Origin: Candidatus Cryptobacteroides sp.
GTDB lineage: Bacteria; Bacteroidota; Bacteroidia; Bacteroidales; UBA932
Direction: 5' to 3'
DNA: 64,000 nucleotides
Assembly (NCBI GenBank): GCA_051878295.1
Contig: JBJEJV010000043.1
Location: forward strand, 10,022 to 74,021
Shown here: positions 59,298-64,000 of the stretch, piece by piece
Numbering within the stretch: position 1 is the first letter of the stretch
Layout of the letters: each line of letters opens with the position of its first letter
Position numbers and translations under genes: made by a program
Notes under the pieces: generated by a model
What the model was told of the DNA's origin: nothing
The model's database searches: none
Seen by the model: only the letters and a program-made list of their open reading frames with translations

Positions 59298-62018
59298 ATG
59301 TTCGACAACAAGAAACGCGTTTATCGCTTCGGAGGAAAGACAGCCGAAGGCGATGGACACATGAGAGAGCTTCTTGGAGGCAAGGGTGCCAACCTTGCAG
59401 AGATGAGCAAGCTCGGCATGCCTGTTCCTGCAGGTTTCACCATCACCACTGAATGCTGCGCAGAGTACTACTCCCTCGGCGGAGGTTACACCGAGGAACT
59501 CAAGAGAGACGTTGCGGAAGCCATGAAGGCAACCGAGACCATCATGGGCAAGAAATTCGGAGACCCGTCCGATCCGCTCCTCGTCAGCTGCCGTTCAGGT
59601 GCGAGAAGTTCGATGCCGGGAATGATGGACACCATCCTCAACATCGGTCTCTGCTCGGAGACCATCCCCGGAATGATTCAGAAGACCGGCAACCCGAGAT
59701 TCGTCTATGATGCCTACAGACGTCTCATCATGATGTATTCCGATGTCGTAATGGAGAAGGCCGAAGGCATCGAGCCTGAGGACGGCCAGGGCATCCGCCA
59801 GCAGCTTGACAGGATGATGATGGACCTCAAGGAGGCAAAGGGCTACAAGTCCGACACCGACATCACCGCCGAAGAGCTCAAGGATCTCTGCGACAAATTC
59901 AAGGTCAAGGTGAAGGAAGTGCTCGGAGTCGAGTTCCCTGACACCGCCCAGGACCAGCTCTGGGGCTCCATCGGTGGCGTTTTCAAGTCCTGGAACGGAA
60001 AGAGGGCCATCGCCTACAGAAGAATCGAGAAGATTCCTGATGACTGGGGCACAGCCGTCAACGTACAGTCAATGGTGTTCGGAAATATGGGCAACACCTC
60101 GGCTACGGGTGTGGCATTCTCCCGCAACCCTGCCAACGGTGACAACAAGTTCTACGGCGAGTGGCTCATCAATGCCCAGGGAGAGGATGTAGTTGCAGGT
60201 ATCCGTACCCCTAACCCTCTCAACGAGGCCACCAAAACAGAAAAGAACAAGGATCTCGAATCCCTCGAGTGCGCCATGCCTGAGGTTTACAAGGAGCTTG
60301 ACGGCATCCGTCTCGCCCTCGAACAGCACTTCCAGGACATGCAGGACATCGAATTCACCATCCAGGAAGGACATCTCTGGATGCTCCAGTGCCGTATCGG
60401 CAAGAGAACCGGCCTGGCTGCCCTCCAGATGGCAATGGACATGGTTGACGAGAAGATGATTGACGAAAAGACAGCCGTGATGAGGGTATCCCCTTCACAG
60501 CTCGACGAGATTCTGCACCCTATCCTTGACCCTGCTTCAGAGAAGAAGGCAAAGGTACTTGCAATGGGTCTTCCTGCTTCTCCGGGTGGAGCTGTCGGAC
60601 AGATTGTGTTCACCTCCGAGGCTGCAATGGAAGCCGCTGCAGGCAAGAAGAAGGTAATCCTCATCCGTGAGGAGACCTCTCCTGAAGACATCGAAGGCAT
60701 GCGCGCTGCTGCAGGAATCCTCACGACCCGTGGCGGCATGACCTCACACGCTGCCCTCGTGGCCCGCGGATGGGGCAAGTGCTGCATTGTCGGCTGCGAA
60801 TCAATGAAGATCAACTTCGCACAGAAGACTGTTTCGTTCGGGGACATCGTCCTCAAGGAAGGCGACTGGATGAGCCTCAACGGTACCAAGGGTCTTGTCT
60901 ATGGCGAGCAGATTGCAACTATGGACGCCACCGAGAATCCTCTCTTCGTCAAGTTCATGGCAACCGTTGACAAGTTCCGCAAACTCGGTGTCAGGACCAA
61001 TGCCGACACACCTGAGGATGCAAAGAAGGCTCTGAGCTTCGGTGCCGAGGGCATCGGCCTCTTCCGTATTGAGCACATGTTCTACGGAGCCAATTCTGAA
61101 CTTCCTCTTGCAAAGCTCCGCAAGATGATTCTCTGCGACACTGACGAGGAAAGGAAGAGCGCCCTGGCAGAGCTCGAACCGTTCATCAAGGCAGCTGTCA
61201 AGAGCACTATGAAAATTATGGACGGCAAGCCGGTTGTATTCCGTCTTCTCGACCCGCCTCTCCACGAGTTCGTTCCGAAGTCCGAGGACAAGAAAGAGGA
61301 ACTTGCCAATGAGCTGGGAGTCAGCGTCGCTGAAATCGAGAAGCGCGGTGAGGCCCTCCACGAGGTCAACCCTATGATGGGTCACCGCGGAGTACGTCTC
61401 CATATGTCTTATCCGCTCATCGCCGAGACCCAGTACAGGGCTATCTTCACTGCCGCTGCAGAGCTTATCAACGAAGGATTCAATCCTCATCCGGAGATTA
61501 TGATTCCTGTCACGATTTCCGCCCGTGAACTCAGCTTCCAGAAGGCTATCTGCGAGAGAGTAAAGGCTGAGGTTGAAGGCACTACCCGCCAGTTCGTCTC
61601 CTACCAATTCGGTACCATGATCGAGATTCCTCGCGCTGCCCTGACTGCTGACCGCATGGCACGTGCCGCCGAGTTCTTCTCATTCGGTACCAACGACCTT
61701 ACCCAGATGACCTTCGGATTCTCACGTGACGATGTCGGAACATTCATGGGTGAGTACCTCGGCAACAAGATCCTGGATGCAGATCCGTTCCAGACCATCG
61801 ACACCAAGAGTGTCGGCAAGCTGGTCGAGACCGGAATCCAGGGCGGACGTTCAAAGAGGCCGGACCTCAAGTGCGGTGTCTGCGGAGAGCATGGCGGAGA
61901 TCCTGATTCAATCAAGTTCTTCAACCAGATCGGTGTGGACTACGTTTCCTGCTCGCCTTTCCGCGTACCGATTGCCCGCCTCGCTGCCGCCCAGGCCGCA
62001 ATCCAGCAGAGCAAATAG
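59298..62018 (+). CDS. ppdK: Pyruvate, phosphate dikinase
   Basis: LGGKGANLAEM, SMPGMMDT, GEDVVAGIRTP, GGMTSHAALVARG (phospho-His), NPMMGHRG, SFGTNDLTQ, CGEHGGD; ATG 59298. Confidence 0.99.
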   Translation: MFDNKKRVYRFGGKTAEGDGHMRELLGGKGANLAEMSKLGMPVPAGFTITTECCAEYYSLGGGYTEELKRDVAEAMKATETIMGKKFGDPSDPLLVSCRSGARSSMPGMMDTILNIGLCSETIPGMIQKTGNPRFVYDAYRRLIMMYSDVVMEKAEGIEPEDGQGIRQQLDRMMMDLKEAKGYKSDTDITAEELKDLCDKFKVKVKEVLGVEFPDTAQDQLWGSIGGVFKSWNGKRAIAYRRIEKIPDDWGTAVNVQSMVFGNMGNTSATGVAFSRNPANGDNKFYGEWLINAQGEDVVAGIRTPNPLNEATKTEKNKDLESLECAMPEVYKELDGIRLALEQHFQDMQDIEFTIQEGHLWMLQCRIGKRTGLAALQMAMDMVDEKMIDEKTAVMRVSPSQLDEILHPILDPASEKKAKVLAMGLPASPGGAVGQIVFTSEAAMEAAAGKKKVILIREETSPEDIEGMRAAAGILTTRGGMTSHAALVARGWGKCCIVGCESMKINFAQKTVSFGDIVLKEGDWMSLNGTKGLVYGEQIATMDATENPLFVKFMATVDKFRKLGVRTNADTPEDAKKALSFGAEGIGLFRIEHMFYGANSELPLAKLRKMILCDTDEERKSALAELEPFIKAAVKSTMKIMDGKPVVFRLLDPPLHEFVPKSEDKKEELANELGVSVAEIEKRGEALHEVNPMMGHRGVRLHMSYPLIAETQYRAIFTAAAELINEGFNPHPEIMIPVTISARELSFQKAICERVKAEVEGTTRQFVSYQFGTMIEIPRAALTADRMARAAEFFSFGTNDLTQMTFGFSRDDVGTFMGEYLGNKILDADPFQTIDTKSVGKLVETGIQGGRSKRPDLKCGVCGEHGGDPDSIKFFNQIGVDYVSCSPFRVPIARLAAAQAAIQQSK

Positions 62019-62041
62019 TTCTCCGAACAAGCACATGATGA

Positions 62042-64000
62042 ATGAAAAAAAATAAGTAAAATATTCATTATCGGTATCTTGACAATGGTCTGCGCAATTG
62101 CCAATGCGCAGACCATTGTTGTTTCAAAAGCGACATCAAACACTGTCACAATTGCTGTCAGGGATTCCGCCAGCACAGATCCTATTTGGGGAGCCGCCGT
62201 AACTGTCTATGACCAGAAAGACTCATTGATCAACATTACGGATGCCAATGGCCTGGCGTTTTTCAACAAAGACAAGATAAAGTCCGACAGCATCACCATC
62301 AAAGTGAGGCAGATGGGGTATTTCGAGAAAACGCTTCGACAAGCGATTTCAAGGCACGGGAGCACCGACATCACAGTCCTGATCAAAGAAGACCCGATGA
62401 TGTTGAACGAAATCATCATCAAGGCAGATGCTGTCGCGATGGTGATGCGGGGAGACACCACAGTCTTCAATTCAGCAGCTTTCAAGACCATGGAGGGGGA
62501 TGTCCTCAGGAATATGCTGGAGCAGTTTCCCGGTGTAAAGATCGAAGGCGACAACGTGATGTTCAATGGCCAGAAAATCAATCGAATCCTCTTGAATGGC
62601 AAGAACATGTTCGGGAAAGACATCGGAAACGCAATGGACATGGTCCTTTCCAAGGAAGTCAAGTCCATCAAGATTTACAACATGGATTCTGTTGAAGACT
62701 TGACCAACAACAAGACAGAAGCCAAAGAACGCGTCATTGACGTCCAGACCTGGAACCCGATCAAGAATATCAGCGAAATAAACAACACACTCCAGGCGGG
62801 AATCATAAATGGCAACCAGTCTGAGTTCAACGAAAGAAACAGTTTCAAGGAAAGTCTGAATTTGGGGTATTACTCGCTTTCCAAAATGCCAAGAATCACC
62901 GCAGATTTTCTGGCTCAGAACAACTCTAGCGAATCTCCCACACCTCTGAGGCAGTACTCCGGGGCCCTTTCCATTGCGAAAGAGTTTGGGCAGAAAGGAG
63001 GTTATTCTGCGAACCTTTCATTCAACTCGCAAAAGGAAAGGAGCCATTCGGAAGAAAGCATTGTCCATTCTGCACTCAGTGCCTGGCCCGACAGGAAGGA
63101 CTCTACGATGAAAGATGACAGGAACAACGGCAAAAACCTGAACCTGACCGGCAGGGCCTACAGGATTTCGGGCAAGAATATCTTCGAAGTCTCGGGGGTT
63201 GCTTCCTATTCGGATGAAGACACCTTCAACCGCAATCTTGCGACCATCGACAATAACGGAGAAATTACCGGCTATGACAGAATCAGGTCCAACAATCAAA
63301 CAGGTGCGACTGTCAGCCTGAATGCAGGATACACAAGGAAATTCGCCAAAAGGAAAAGGACCTTGAAAGTGCAGCCGTCCATTTCTTTCTCATCAGCAAA
63401 AGGAAACGGGCTTTCCATCGACACCACGGCATACACAATAAGCCGGGAATGGCTGGTACGCGACAAGCAATCATCTTCGCTTGTTCCGGCAATCAACATA
63501 TACTGGACAGAGCCTTTGGCCAAGAATACACTATTGGAACTTTCCACAAAATGCAGCTACCGGCAGGTTGACATGCAAGACCTCAACACTGACATGCAAT
63601 CCGGCAGGCTGGACCTGAACCGGACTCAGGATTTCGTGCAGAAGAATCTGAAACAGTCCGTGACGGGAAGAATCAAATACGGAAGGCTCAATGACGGACT
63701 GTTCATCAGCTCCGGCATTTCTCTGGTAAGGAATGCGATGAATGTCAACGAAAGAGAGTCCCTGATGAAGGACTGGAGCAAAGATTACATCATTCCTGCA
63801 GCAACCCTCATTATCGGATACACGAAGAAGAGTTTCAACTTGCAGGCAGAGTACGTGGAAGAGGACAATATGCCCACCCTTTACCAGCTGAGAAACGTCC
63901 TGGACTATGCAAACCCGCTGTATCTCTCCGCAGGTAACAACGATTTGAAGATGCCGGTCAAGAGGACATTGGACCTTAGCGCGGGCATTTCATTCCCGAA
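62042..64000 (+). CDS. Outer membrane beta-barrel / TonB-dependent-like protein with carboxypeptidase-regulatory N-domain (3' partial; frameshifted at 5' end)
   Basis: Hand translation: frame starting 62052 open to the window end (ISKIFIIGILTMVCAIANAQ...GDTTVFNSAAFKT...LEQFPGV...LDYANPLYLSAGNNDL); ATG at 62042 is out of frame because of an A8 run. Confidence 0.8.

Overview
Mostly core-genome window from a GC-rich Bacteroidales chromosome. The order assignment rests on repeated TAnnTTTG -7 promoters and Bacteroidota gene families; a rumen/gut Cryptobacteroides/RC9-like lineage is only an inference. It holds about 52 CDSs and two convergent tRNAs, Pro(TGG) and Val(TAC). Housekeeping genes include lpxD, lpxC, lpxA, rimP-nusA-infB, tmk, folP, purB, rpsO-pnp, cstA, rsmD, nrnA, comEC, lepA, lolD, folC and ppdK. 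No integrase, transposase or CRISPR array was seen. The best candidate for an uncharacterised system is a 7.5 kb five-gene module sitting between lpxD and lpxC. It encodes a hemerythrin/RIC-LuxR fusion regulator, divergent from an operon of outer-membrane porin, imelysin (M75) lipoprotein, di-heme c-type lipoprotein and its own fused CcsBA cytochrome c synthase. It looks like a redox-coupled iron-uptake system. Other notable items are an LpxC lacking the usual FabZ fusion, an apparently catalytically dead stand-alone PurL half-domain, a degenerate GT2, a terminator-like attenuator in the rimP-nusA leader, a perfect 19-bp direct repeat between the tRNAs, and an A8 frameshift just after the start codon of the last outer-membrane gene. 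All family assignments come from motif recognition; no database searches were run.
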